From: Octopus sinensis
Taxonomy: Eukaryota
Length of the DNA stretch: 64,000 nt
Direction of reading: 5' to 3'
NCBI RefSeq assembly: GCF_006345805.1
Contig: NC_043002.1
Coordinates: forward strand, 41,788,001-41,852,000
Position numbers and translations under genes: made by a program. Numbering within the stretch: position 1 is the stretch's first letter; each line of letters begins with the position of its first letter. The notes below the pieces were generated by a model that ran no database searches, was not told the origin of the DNA, and saw nothing but the letters and a program-made list of their open reading frames with translations. Positions 52,931 through 64,000 of this stretch are shown here, in pieces.

Positions 52931-53305
52931 TGTAGGTATAGCTGTGTGGTAAAAAGCTTGCTTCCCAACCACATGGTTCTGGGTTCAGTTCTACTGCATA
53001 GCACCTTGGGCAAGTGTCTTCTACTATAGCCTCGGGCCGACCAAAGCCTTTTGAGTGGATTTGGTAGATGGAAACTGAAAGAAGCCTGTCATGTATATAT
53101 GTGTGTGTGTATTTGTGTCTTTGTTCCCCACCCCCATCGCTTGACAACCGATGCTGGTGTGTTTACATCCCCGTAACTTAGCCGTTCGGCAAAAGAGACT
53201 AATAGAATAAGTACTAGGCTTAGTACTGAGGTCAGTTTGTTCGACTAAAGGTGTGCTCCAGCATGGCTGCAGTCAAAGACTGAAACAAGTAAAAGAATAA
53301 AAGAA
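52931..53305 (+). mobile_element. SINE family A
   Basis: Same head, body and tail as 15737-16140. Confidence 0.88.
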
Positions 53306-53308
53306 TAC

Positions 53309-53853
53309 ATGTAGGCATAGCTGTGTGGTTAAGAACTTTCCTTTGAAACCATATGATTTCAGGTTCAGTCCACTGTGGGGTACCTTGGGCAAGTATTTTC
53401 TACTATAGCTCCAGGTTGACTAATACCTTGTGAGTACATTTGGAAGACAGAAATTGCATGGAAGCCCATTGTTTGTGCATATATCACATAACTAGCATCC
53501 ATGCTGATGGCACGTGAAAAGCTCCTTTCAAGCATTGGGTCTCGCGCAGGCAATGATAAATGACCAAGACCTTTGTCAATATGTTGTGCTTTAGTAGAAG
53601 ACCCATCATGCCGAGTCAAATTGTAGTCACGGCAGATACTGGTGTCATGCAACTGGCACTTGTGCTGGTGGCATGTAAAAGCACTCATTACACTCTCAGA
53701 GTGGTTGACGTTAGGAAGGGCATTCAGCCGTAGAAACCATGCCAAATCAGACTGGAGTCTGGTGCAGCCCTTCATCTTACCAGGCCTGATCAAACCATCC
53801 AACCCATGCCAGCATGGACAACAGATGTTAAATGAGGTGATGATGATAATGAT
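53309..53853 (+). mobile_element. Family A head followed by RTE 3' end (composite)
   Basis: A head 53309-53470, then AMINDQDLCQYVVL**KT-like codons, 3'UTR and (GAT)n tail. Confidence 0.75.
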
Positions 53854-53886
53854 ATATGTATGTGTATATATATATATATATATATA

Positions 53887-54108
53887 CTGTTCTTTCAACA
53901 TGTGATCTCTCGAGCACCACCAGCAAAAATATTTTTTTCCTCTGTCTTCCCTTCTTGGGATCTTTCCTTCTCCTTGTTTCCGACGAAGAGCTCTGCTTGA
54001 AACGTTAAACCCTCCTTCCCTTCTTTCCTGAGCGTCAAATAATACTTTAATTGTTCCACGTCCTCGCGTTGCTGTGTTTTTTTTCTGTGTTTTCTTGTTT
54101 GGATTAAC

Positions 54109-54110
<2 letters not shown>
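53887..54110 (+). mobile_element. Short element flanked by (TA)n on both sides carrying the minimal hammerhead-like motif (Penelope-like pLTR fragment)
   Basis: CpG-containing unique segment between (TA)n at about 53866-53886 and 54111-54176. Confidence 0.5.
53976..54010 (+). ncRNA. Minimal hammerhead-like motif, U4C core variant
   Basis: GUUU-CCGACGA-A-GAGC UCU GCUU-GAAA-CG-U-U-AAAC. 4-bp stem I, 4-bp stem II, loopless palindromic stem III (AACGUU) that can only form as a dimer. Confidence 0.5.
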
Positions 54111-54177
<67 letters not shown>

Positions 54178-54795
54178 CGTGTGTGTATTTGTGCTAGTTC
54201 CATCACCACTTAACCAGTATTAGTTTGTTTATGTCCTTGTAACCTAGCGTTTTTGCAAAAGAGGCCACTAGAATAAGTACCAGATATTTAAAAAAATATA
54301 AGTACAGTGATCAATTTGCTTGACTAGAACCCATTAAGGTGATGCCTTAGCATGGCTGCAGTCCAATGACTGAAATGAGTAAATGATATAAAAACGAAAT
54401 CAGATTCTAGGGAAACTGGCAGTGAACTGCATCCATAAAAATTATGCAGTGAAGCTAGTGTGTTTTTAAGCAAGTTTTTATGTGGCTGGGGAAAGATATT
54501 GATGTTTTGAAATAAAGAATCAGTTCCAAAACATCAGTCGCCTCTTAAGTGATGCCATGTATAAACAACAGCTCCATGCTGAGATAAGTCTCATCACACA
54601 CACACACACATGCACAAACACACACACATATGCACAAACATACAAGTTTCTGTATTGTTTCCATCTGCTGCTAAATTCCATTCACAAAATGTTGGTCAGC
54701 TTGGGGCCAGAGCAGACGACATCTCTGCCCAAAGTACAATATTATGGGATCAAACATAGAATTATGTGGGTGCAAAAAAGCCTCTTAGCTGCACA

Positions 54796-54836
<41 letters not shown>

Positions 54837-55794
54837 CTCGCTCCATCTCTCTCAGTCTCCCTTCCTCTCTCTCTCCCCTCTCTCCATCTCCCTCACTCCC
54901 TCTCTCCTTTCTTTCCTCGCTCTGTCTCCCTCCTTCCTTTCTCTCCCCCTCCCTTCTCCCCATCTCTGTATCTGTGTGCATCCTCCTTTCTCAGGGTCTG
55001 TAGTCTTGTAATGGTGTGCGGAATGGTGACCTCACTTGTGCTGGTGGCATAGAAACATGCACCCAGCAGATGCTGTAAAAGGGCTGGCATTAGGAAGAGC
55101 ATCCAGTTGTAGAAACCATGCCAAGGCAGACGCTGGAGCACCAATGCAGTCCTCGGACCCAGTCAGACTGCCCAACTCATTCCACCATGCAACATGGATA
55201 TTAAATGCTACTACTGCTGATATATATGAAATATAAAACAAAAAAACTTCTCCATAGGACTAGTCACTATAAAGGCTGCTGATTATGTTTGAAATAAATA
55301 CAGACTGTTCTTCCTTCTCCCTTTTTCTTTAGTCAAATGGAAGAAATATGTTGGTTTTGTACTGAAGAGACTTTTTGTCTCCTGTTCCCTAAAATGTCTT
55401 TGTTATAGGGGGCCCTAGGGTCTAATTAAGGATGTTCAATCTTTGTCTTGTCATGTTTAATTAACCAAGAAAACAGAGAAAGAACCCCCCCCCCATCATT
55501 TTTGCCTTGTGTGTGTATGTGTGTGCGTGTTTGTCAGAGTGACAAGCTGGGCTGTCCAGTGCCAGTTGAATCAAAGATGATCTTAGTGCAAATACAGAGA
55601 ACAAGTCAATGATGGATAATAAATCAGGGAGGAGAAGCAGGAAGTGTGTGTGTGTGAGAGTATTTAGTGTTTGTGAAAGAGAGAGAGGGTATTTAGTGTT
55701 TGTGAAGAGGAGTGTAGGTAATGGTTTGCAGCAAGAATGATAGTGGTGGGTATATAATTAGTGTATGTGTGTACTCATGCATGTTTGCAAAGTC

Positions 55795-55836
<42 letters not shown>

Positions 55837-56011
55837 ATACTGTCTCAGAATCCATTAACTTTTCTTAGAGTATGTAATGTGTTGCAATGAGTTATCTAGT
55901 AAATGTTTTCCAAAATTTAATTCAATCAGAAAGGAGAGATTAGGGAAGAAACAAAAATTACTAATTATATCAACTATCCTCTATGAGTGTATGTATAAGA
56001 GATAGATAAAT

Positions 56012-56067
<56 letters not shown>

Positions 56068-56749
56068 CTAGAGACAAAAGGATGATGGGTGGTTAAAAGA
56101 TGTATAAAGATGTAAGAGAGAATGATGTGTTCCTTTCATTCTTTTATCTTTTCCTGTCTGTGTGGCAGGTGAACTTTTCTGGAACTCTATTTCTCTAATA
56201 TGTTCACACTGATGTTTCATTAGAAGATAAAATGTTTGACTGCCAGGGTGTTTGTTTTTATTTTTTGTTGTTTTTTTTTATATATAACTTCAGCCTTTTT
56301 CTTTTTCTCTCCGATTTTTTTTCTCATCGCTGTCTGTGCATGTGCGTGTGCACACAAGATAATGATTTTTAATAATATAAGTACAAAACCTTTTTATTTT
56401 TTTTTTTGTGAAGGGTAATTTGTAAGATAATAAGCGTTTGTATTGGAAGACTTCTTGTCTGTATTACATGTTTTCTTTATTTTGTGAGTATGATTTGTAT
56501 GTTTAAGATACTAAAAGATACACATTAACCCATTGCCTGTTCTGTGTATTACATATTATATACAGAACATATTTCCCTGGTGTCCATGCATTATGTATAT
56601 GATGCACATTCCCAATGTTTTTCAGACACCAGAATAGATTGGAAATTAATGAACGGAAAGCTTTATATTACTCTGAAAATATGAAACAAAGGTTCAGTTA
56701 AAGTCTGAAAACAAGCATAGATATTTGGGTTAAGGAAAAAAGGGTGGCT

Positions 56750-57043
56750 AAAGACTCCCTTCAATTATGAGATTGCGCCTAGAAAGTTCCCTTCTGATGT
56801 ACAAGTCTTACTAAGGTTGTTTATGGAAGACTAGAATTCACCCATGCATACCAGCCTCCCATCTCCATGCCACCAATGTTATCCAAGGCATATCACAACT
56901 CATTTCTACAGCTGAGTGAACTGGAGCAACGTGAAATAAAGTATCTTGCTCAAGAACACAACACACAGCCCCGTCTGGGAATCAAACTCACTACCTCATA
57001 ACTGTGAGCCTGATGCTCTAACTACTGAGCCATGCGCCTTCAC
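56750..57043 (-). mobile_element. tRNA-headed SINE family E (CORE-like)
   Basis: Minus strand reads ggcgcatggctcagtagttagagc..gagtttgattccc..gttcttgagcaagatacttt. Related copies at 57968-58211 and 63835-64000. Confidence 0.82.
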
Positions 57044-57044
57044 A

Positions 57045-57132
<88 letters not shown>

Positions 57133-57582
57133 GGTGCACTCTCCTGTCGTGTTCAACATACAAGGCTCCAGCAATGTACTCCTTCTTTGTCAGTCCTAAT
57201 GCTTATGCTGAATGTGGCATTTAAGTCCTGCCAACGGTTTGCAAAGAAGGCCACAGATGTTGCAAGTACAAGTCAGTGCAAGTGGTATATTTGCAGCTGC
57301 TTTTCTTCTTTGCCTTGCACCCTGAAGCTTGTTAATGCTGGTTGCAAAGTTTTTAGTACCATTTTGACACAACGATTACCATTTTGTTTGTTCTAAGGCT
57401 GTTCACTCAAAGGTGTTGAGAGCTATCCCGCTTGTCTTCAAATTTGAACCATTTCTGTGTCTACTCTCTAGCTGGCTGTGCATGAGGACTTTGGGTATTC
57501 TTTCGTCACTCATTCTGACATGGCCAGCCCAGCACAATTGTGATTGTATAAGGAAGCTCTCGATTGCACCAATTTTTACACA
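57133..57582 (-). mobile_element. RTE (BovB-like) LINE 3' end
   Basis: KIGAIESFLIQSQLCWAGHVRMSDERIPK and C-terminal zinc finger CNICGLLCKPLAGLKCHIQHKH*. Ends in (AT)n. Confidence 0.85.
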
Positions 57583-57842
57583 TTTGGCAAACTCCATCAT
57601 TGCCTGTGGAATGAAAGGGACAAGAAACTTGACACCAAAATACAGGTCTATAAAGCTGGCATTCTTACTACTCACTTGTATGGCTCAGATTGTGGACACC
57701 CTATAGACAACACATTAACCAACTAGATATTTTCCACAAAGACCATCTGAGGACAATATGCAGTTATTCACTAAAAGGCAGAATTTCTAATGCTGACTTG
57801 TTTAGGAAGTGTAAGATTAGTGGAATTGAGAACTTCCTGATA
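57583..57842 (+). mobile_element. RTE (BovB-like) fragment immediately upstream in the ORF, inverted relative to its neighbour
   Basis: FGKLHHCLWNERDKKLDTKIQVYKAGILTTHLYGS/WTPYRQHINQLDIFH..RISNADLFRKCKISGIENFLI. Confidence 0.85.
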
Positions 57843-57967
57843 TATATATATTCCGTATAATTATTTATATATGCATGTATATATACATGTAGATGTAGGT
57901 ACGTACATATATGTTTGTATGTATGCATATATTTTTATTTATCTCCTATATATATATATATATATAT

Positions 57968-58211
57968 GGTTCCTTTAGTCATGAATGACCATGAGGTTGT
58001 ACCTAGAAAGTTTCCCTCCAAGGGAAAGGCAAAGGCCAATACAGCTTGGCACCAGTGACTTTACAACTCATTTCTACAGCTGAGTGAACTGGAGCCACAT
58101 GAAATAAAGTGTCTTGCTCATGAACACAACACACCCCCCAGTCTGGGAATTGAACTCACTACCTCATGATTATGAGCCCAGCGCCGAAACCACTGAGCCA
58201 TGCACCTTCAC
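57968..58211 (-). mobile_element. SINE family E
   Basis: Similar to 56750-57043. Confidence 0.8.
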
Positions 58212-58735
58212 AAGGTTGTTTGGGACAAACTTATCAAAATGCTTTAGATAGGCAAAGGGTGAAATATAACCTTCCAGGTCCTTCATTTCTTATTTTATCA
58301 TCAAAGATAATGATTGAGATAGTTTTATAGTCTCCGGACAGCCTAGTTTAGTCACTTTGAGATAATATGAGGTGGAAATCATTTGACCTGACAGAAAAAT
58401 TGAAATATCAAGTAAGTCTTGCTCAAATTACACCTGTCATGAGATCCACTCTCATGGCTTTGGTCGGCTCAGAAATATAGCAAAAGATGTTTACCCATCA
58501 AGAAGTATTTATTGAAAGTTAATTGTGGTTTAGAATTATTAATCCAAGCCTTTTATGTCAAAAATACAGCTTATTGTCTATAAAAATCTATATTATTTTT
58601 CAGAGTCTTCATCACATCATTTTAGGTTACTACAAATAGAAATTTTTTAATGCATTTTGTCTTTGTTCATTTTTGCTTTACACAGTCAAACATACACTCA
58701 TATATATATATAATTTTTTTTTTTGTAATTTTCAG

Positions 58736-58852
58736 TGTATTCGACGTGTTCTAGTAACCAATTCACCTGCACAAACCACAAATGTATTCGAAAAACATGG
58801 CAGTGTGATGGTGATGATGACTGTGGGGATAAAAGCGACGAACTGAACTGCC
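58736..58852 (+). CDS. Internal coding exon encoding one LDL-receptor class A (LDLa) repeat; LDLR/VLDLR/LRP-superfamily or other LDLa-containing gene
   Basis: Polypyrimidine acceptor tttttgtaattttcag| and donor |gtgagt at 58853. 117 nt, phase 1-1, no stops. Translates [40 protein letters not shown] with all 6 Cys, F, CI, W and the CDGxxDCxDxSDE Ca-binding motif. One module cannot identify the gene. Confidence 0.95.
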
Positions 58853-58959
58853 GTGAGTAACTTTAGCATATATTTTTCTTGGTGGGGGGGATCTTTTTGT
58901 AAACAAAAAGCAAAAGCATAATGTCTTTTTAATGGGATACACATACACACACATAGATG

Positions 58960-58998
<39 letters not shown>

Positions 58999-59492
58999 TA
59001 GTGTGTACATATCTTATATAATAAATGTGAATGTCAGTGTGTCAAACTTGTTCAACTTTACTCCTAGAGGCCGTAGCCCAACATATCAAACGATTTTAGT
59101 ATCAGACTGACTCCATGAATAAAATAAAAGCATTCTGGGCTGCATCCGGGCCCACAATCCTGAAATTTTGGATTCTCAAGTTTTCATTACTGTGATCTTT
59201 TTTATGTGATTTTTTTTGCAACAAATTTTTTTGTTTGATAACAATTTTTTTAACTTGGAAATAAGTTTTGGAAATAATCAAAATTAATTGCAAAATCCAG
59301 TGATTATTTTCAGTGATTTTTTTTTTTTACATGATTTTTTTTTTGTGGCAAATATCATCATTGGGATATGACCCTGGAAGAAGTAATTGCAACAAATACT
59401 CCAAAACAAGTCAGAGATTTGTTTGCAGGTCTTCCCATATGGAGTCAGTAGCTTAAAAGCTGCCTGATAGGGTGGTTTTTGTTTTTAAGCTA

Positions 59493-59538
<46 letters not shown>

Positions 59539-61049
59539 TCATACATGTGTGTAGAGGCATGAGGCTTAGTGGTTAGGGTATTGGACTCATGATCATAAGA
59601 TTGTGGTTTTGATTCCTGGACTGGTAACCCATCCAGGGGTAATATATATGTCACAAGAACCAGGAAATTGACCCTATGAGTCTATATGACTTCAGAAGGG
59701 TCTTTATTCTTTTGTTTATCCTTATCCTATATATATACACATACACACTTACTAGCACCCACACCTACGCACACACACACACACACACGTATCATTGTCA
59801 TCATCTATATCATTTAACCCCTTTCTTCCATGCTGGCATGGGTTGGACAAAATGAATATTAACTTGCCAGAATTGTATGTATATATTTAACTTTTACTGA
59901 AAATTTCTTTGAAATTGTTATCTTTGTTCACCACTTATGTGACCGAATTATTGGAATAGCAAGTTTTAGATTAATTTTGGATTATTATTTCTGGTATTGG
60001 AACAAACTCATATATTTTTACATAACTTATACATTAAATTTGAAATGACACCCAACAAATTTGCCTGGCACTTATTTTATTACATACTTCTGTTTCCTAA
60101 TGGGAGGAAAGATGAAGTATATCTTGGCAGAACATAATTTGCTTATGTGACTAGAATTTCTTAATTCTGTTATGTGACTAGAATTTCAATTTGAAAACCA
60201 GTTACAAAGTTGAAGAAAAAATATTTTATATTTTCTTCTGTTCTTGTTGAAGAATGACATTCATCTCGGTTTTACAGTCTGTTATGCTTGGTTTGTTGGT
60301 TTATGATAAATTACTTTGATCTGTTACAGCTGAAGATGAATCATACTTTCTTTATCATCCTTTTCATCTTTACTCTAATGTCCACTTTTCCATGCTTGCG
60401 CATGTTGGACAGAGTTTATTAAGGCAGATTTTCTATGGCTTGATGCCCTTCTGGTTGCCAGTCCTCACCTGTTTACGAACAAGGGTAATACTTCTCCATG
60501 GCTAGACTTGTTCTCACAGAATATTGGAAATGAATGATGCTGTATGACAGTGACAATCATTTTACAACAATCACAAGATGTCAAGACAAAGACACACACA
60601 CACACACACACACTTGACGGGTTGCTTTCAGTTTTTATCTTCTAAATCCATGCTGTATGCTTTGGTTGGCCCAGTAGAAGACACTTCAACAAGGTGCCCC
60701 ACAGTGGGACTGAACTCAGAACCATGTGGTTGGAAAGTAAACTTCTTACCTCATAGCCATGTCTGCACATACTCTGTACTCTAAAATTCTCTCTTAGCTA
60801 CAAGAGAGGATGGATAAAATATGTTTTGTTTTATTTGTTTCTGTGAGAAAAGTTTATTGGTCTATATGTAATACTGAATGAAATTACAGTTTGAAATTTA
60901 CAGAATGAAATTACAGTTATTGTTGTAGAAAGATGCAAATATTGTGGAAGAAACATAAAACCAATATAAACATTTTACTGAGTATTGAGTTTTGTATTTA
61001 TAAGTGAGTTCAGTCCCACCGTGTGACTCTTTGGGCAAGTGTTTTCTGC

Positions 61050-61250
61050 TACAAAGGGGTGCTGAAAAGTCTTTGGCTTAAAAGACTTTGGCTTAAAAGG
61101 CTTGGTTCTTTTACAGGTCTTAGAAAAACTGAAGGGCTACTGCAATAAGTGAGAATCTAAGAAGGGAATATGTTGAATAAAACCATAATTAACTGATCCT
61201 CCTGTATTTTCTTTTACCCAAAGCCAGGAACTTTTCAGTACCTCCTCATA
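61050..61250 (+). mobile_element. Mariner-derived MITE with TA TSD, inserted in a SINE
   Basis: TIRs TA-caaaggggtgctgaaaagt ... acttttcagtacctcctca-TA. Internal transposase tail gaatatgttgaataa (EYVE*). SINE halves continue on both sides. Confidence 0.8.
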
Positions 61251-61875
61251 TATGCACCAAGCTGACCAAAACCTTGTGAGTGGATGAAAACTGAAAGAAG
61301 CCTGTAGTGTGTGTGTGTGTGTGTGTGTATGTGTGTCCTTGTCTTGATATCATGTGCTAGTTATAAGTAAGTGTCAGTACTCTGCCAAAACTGACATTGC
61401 CTGTGCTGGAGCTACATAAAAAGCACTCAGTACATTCTATGGGGTGGTTGGTGTTAGGAAGGGCATTCAGGTGTAAAAACCATGTCAAAACAGTTACAGA
61501 AGTCTGGTACAGTTTTCTGCCTGGTTGGGTCCTGTCAAACCACCCAACCCATGCCAGCAATGAAATGCAGATGTTAAACGGTGATAAGGTCATGCAAGCA
61601 ATGTCATTCATTTCCAATATTCTACAAAGAACATGTCTTTTAGCATGGGTTAGATAAATTGTCATGATCAGAGTCAGTTCTTCAGAATTACTGCCCTGCT
61701 ATTTGTGTCAGAGGACCCTGTCACATTGGTATGTTATATTTTTGGCATGGGTTCTATGGTTAGATACTTGTACATAGCTAGATACCCTTCCTAAAACTCA
61801 AAACTTCACACTGGACACTGGGTACATTTTATTGTAGCATGAACAATTGAGAGGTTGTCTTATCTTAAAGATAAC

Positions 61876-62105
61876 TTAACCCTTTAACATTCAGATTACT
61901 CTGTCAAATGTAATGCTTTTTTATTCACATTGCTTTGAATTAATCATGCATTATTTTGTAGCTTTGAGATTTCAGTGATGTGAGTGTTTATTTTTCGCCT
62001 GATATTGTAGGATAGGTGCAAGAAGCTGGATCCAGTCAGTTTGAAATGTAAAACAGGTAGAATATTTTGGGTCAGAAATGGCTAGTTTCAAAGCTAAAGG
62101 GTTAA
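61876..62105. mobile_element. piggyBac-type MITE
   Basis: TTAACCCTTTAACATTCA ... GCTAAAGGGTTAA termini. Confidence 0.85.
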
Positions 62106-62312
62106 GTGTCTTCTTGAACCTACATTGTCTCCTTCACTGTGTGTAGCTTGTCTGTCGATACGACGAAGACCATCTAGTCATCCTGGGGTGGGGGTGATAC
62201 TTTACAAAGTGCAATGTCTATGCGTCTCTTTTTTTCAGTCATAACTTACAAATGATATCGATCTGGTACAATATACCATGCTTTCACTAAATTTTTTAGG
62301 TACTTATGTATT

Positions 62313-62488
62313 AATGAGGAGGCATAGAGATCCTCTTAGGTCCCTTATTTTTGACCCAATCCAGAAGAACATTTTAGGATTAGAGAGAAAAGACTGTATC
62401 AATGAGGAGGCATAGATATCCTCCTAGGTCCCTTATCTTTGATCCAATCCAGCTGAACATTTTAGGATTAGAGAGAAAAGACTGCATC
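62313..62488 (+). repeat. 88-bp tandem duplication
   Basis: aatgaggaggcataga..gagagaaaagactg occurs at 62313 and 62401. Confidence 0.92.
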
Positions 62489-62679
62489 AGTACTTGGCTG
62501 GTTCTCATTTTCAGCTGGAATGATATGCCTTGCCCAAAGACACATGCTGCCTGGTCCAGAAAGCAAACCATTGGCATTATATGACTTGAACACCCTAACC
62601 ATCAATCAGGACATGCACCTTCGCACATGCACAGACACACATGCTTGTGTGCATGCACATGCGCATACACACACACACA

Positions 62680-63000
62680 CACATGTGTGTGTACATGTAC
62701 ATACACATACTCACACACATACACACAAGTACATACTTGTGTACATGTACATTCACATACTCACACTCAGACAAACATGTGTACATATACATACACATAT
62801 GCACAAACACAAATGCATGTGTACATGTACATTCATATACTCACACACATACAAACACAAACACATGTGTACATGTACATACACATACTTACATATGCAC
62901 AAACACAAATTCATGTGTACATGCACATTCACATACTCTTACACATACAAGCACGTGTACATGTACATACACATACTCATACACACAAACACAAACCTGC
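62680..63000. repeat. CA-rich minisatellite, about 40-50-bp units
   Basis: Recurring anchor gtgtacatgtacat(a/t)cacatact, about 7 times. Confidence 0.75.
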
Positions 63001-64000
63001 ATACACACATATGTGTATATAACACACACACACACACACACACACACATTTCCTTTTGTAATCTTTTCTTAAACTGTTTTTTGTTGTACTGAAAAGTAAT
63101 TAAGTTTCTACTCTGCTGGTAGCGTAAGTAATTAATTAGCAAAACTAAATCATATGAAATAATTTTTCATGGCATTTATTAAACAATTAATAATATGTTT
63201 TCTTGCTTTGGATTAATCAGAACAAACTAAATGTACATTTAATGAGGCCACCACTGCCATCACCACCCCTATGCCATCACCACCACCCCATGACATCACC
63301 ACCTCCCATGCCATCACCACTTCAACAACCACTACTACTATTATCTATTCCTCTTTTCCACTATAATGGCCAATAACAACTGTAATGTTACTCAGTTTGC
63401 TAGAAATAGCAATGAAATCTTCCTTGAATTACACTCTAATGCCTTAAAAATGGATATACACATTGGATAATATAGTCTTAGATAGGAAAATGATGAGATT
63501 GGCTTGGCTGGAAAGCTCTTGATTGGTGATCTACTTGTTCAAGACTGAACAGTGGGTATACTATGACACCTACAGCTTTACAAACCAATGATGGTGATAT
63601 TACAGAGTCACAGAACCAACTTTGTGTTGGCCAACTTTTCCTCAGCAATTTCTTCATCTTTAATCGCTTTGTGGTAGTAACTCTAATGAACAGCCACTGA
63701 CCATTTGTTTCAGTTTTGAAAATAATCAGCAATTTGACAATTTGTTGGGATTTACTAGTGATTAACTTTGTCGTTATTTATATGGTGTCTAGAACATCAC
63801 AAAAGCTGCTTACTTAAAACTACTATGGAGAAGGAAGGATCCCCTTTGGTCATGAATGACCATGGGATTGCAGCTCGAAAGTTCCCCTTCAAGGTACATA
63901 TCCAGGCAAGGTTGTTTATAGAAGACCAGCAGTCACTCATGCATACCCTCCTCCTCTCTCCATGCCACCGATGTTATCCAAGGGAAAGGCAAAGACCAAT

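Noticed and set aside
803-63142. The many YIYI/HTHT/CVCV/IIII ORFs in the track
   Set aside because: Translations of (AT)n, (CA)n and (ATT)n microsatellites or SINE sequence.
63523-63591. Hemopexin-like peptide VIYLFKTEQWVYYD
   Set aside because: Flanked by in-frame stops, with no convincing splice sites.

Overview
AT-rich eukaryotic genomic DNA saturated with microsatellites and SINE/LINE fragments. The mix of tRNA-headed CORE-like SINEs, RTE-clade LINE remnants with (GAT)n tails and dense (AT)n/(CA)n tracts suggests an octopus (coleoid cephalopod) genome; this is inference, not a search result. I can support only one host protein-coding exon: a 117-nt phase-1/phase-1 exon at 58736-58852 (+) encoding a complete LDL-receptor class A (LDLa) module. 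The ORF track misses it. The rest looks intronic or intergenic, and almost all ORF-track entries are microsatellite or transposon artefacts. Mobile elements include several SINE families, RTE LINE fragments (two with inverted 5' parts), a CRE-like restriction-like-endonuclease retroelement relic, mariner and maT/Tc1-like relics, and piggyBac, Tigger and mariner MITEs. The most notable signal is a set of sequence-unrelated, short, (AT)n-associated elements that each carry a type I hammerhead ribozyme fold of the minimal, palindromic-stem-III kind known from Penelope-like elements and retrozymes. They lie at 15071-15140 (-), as a two-ribozyme foldback at 24590-24950 (one per strand), and as a U4C variant at 53976-54010 (+). 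All folds and alignments were done by hand, and repeat boundaries are approximate.
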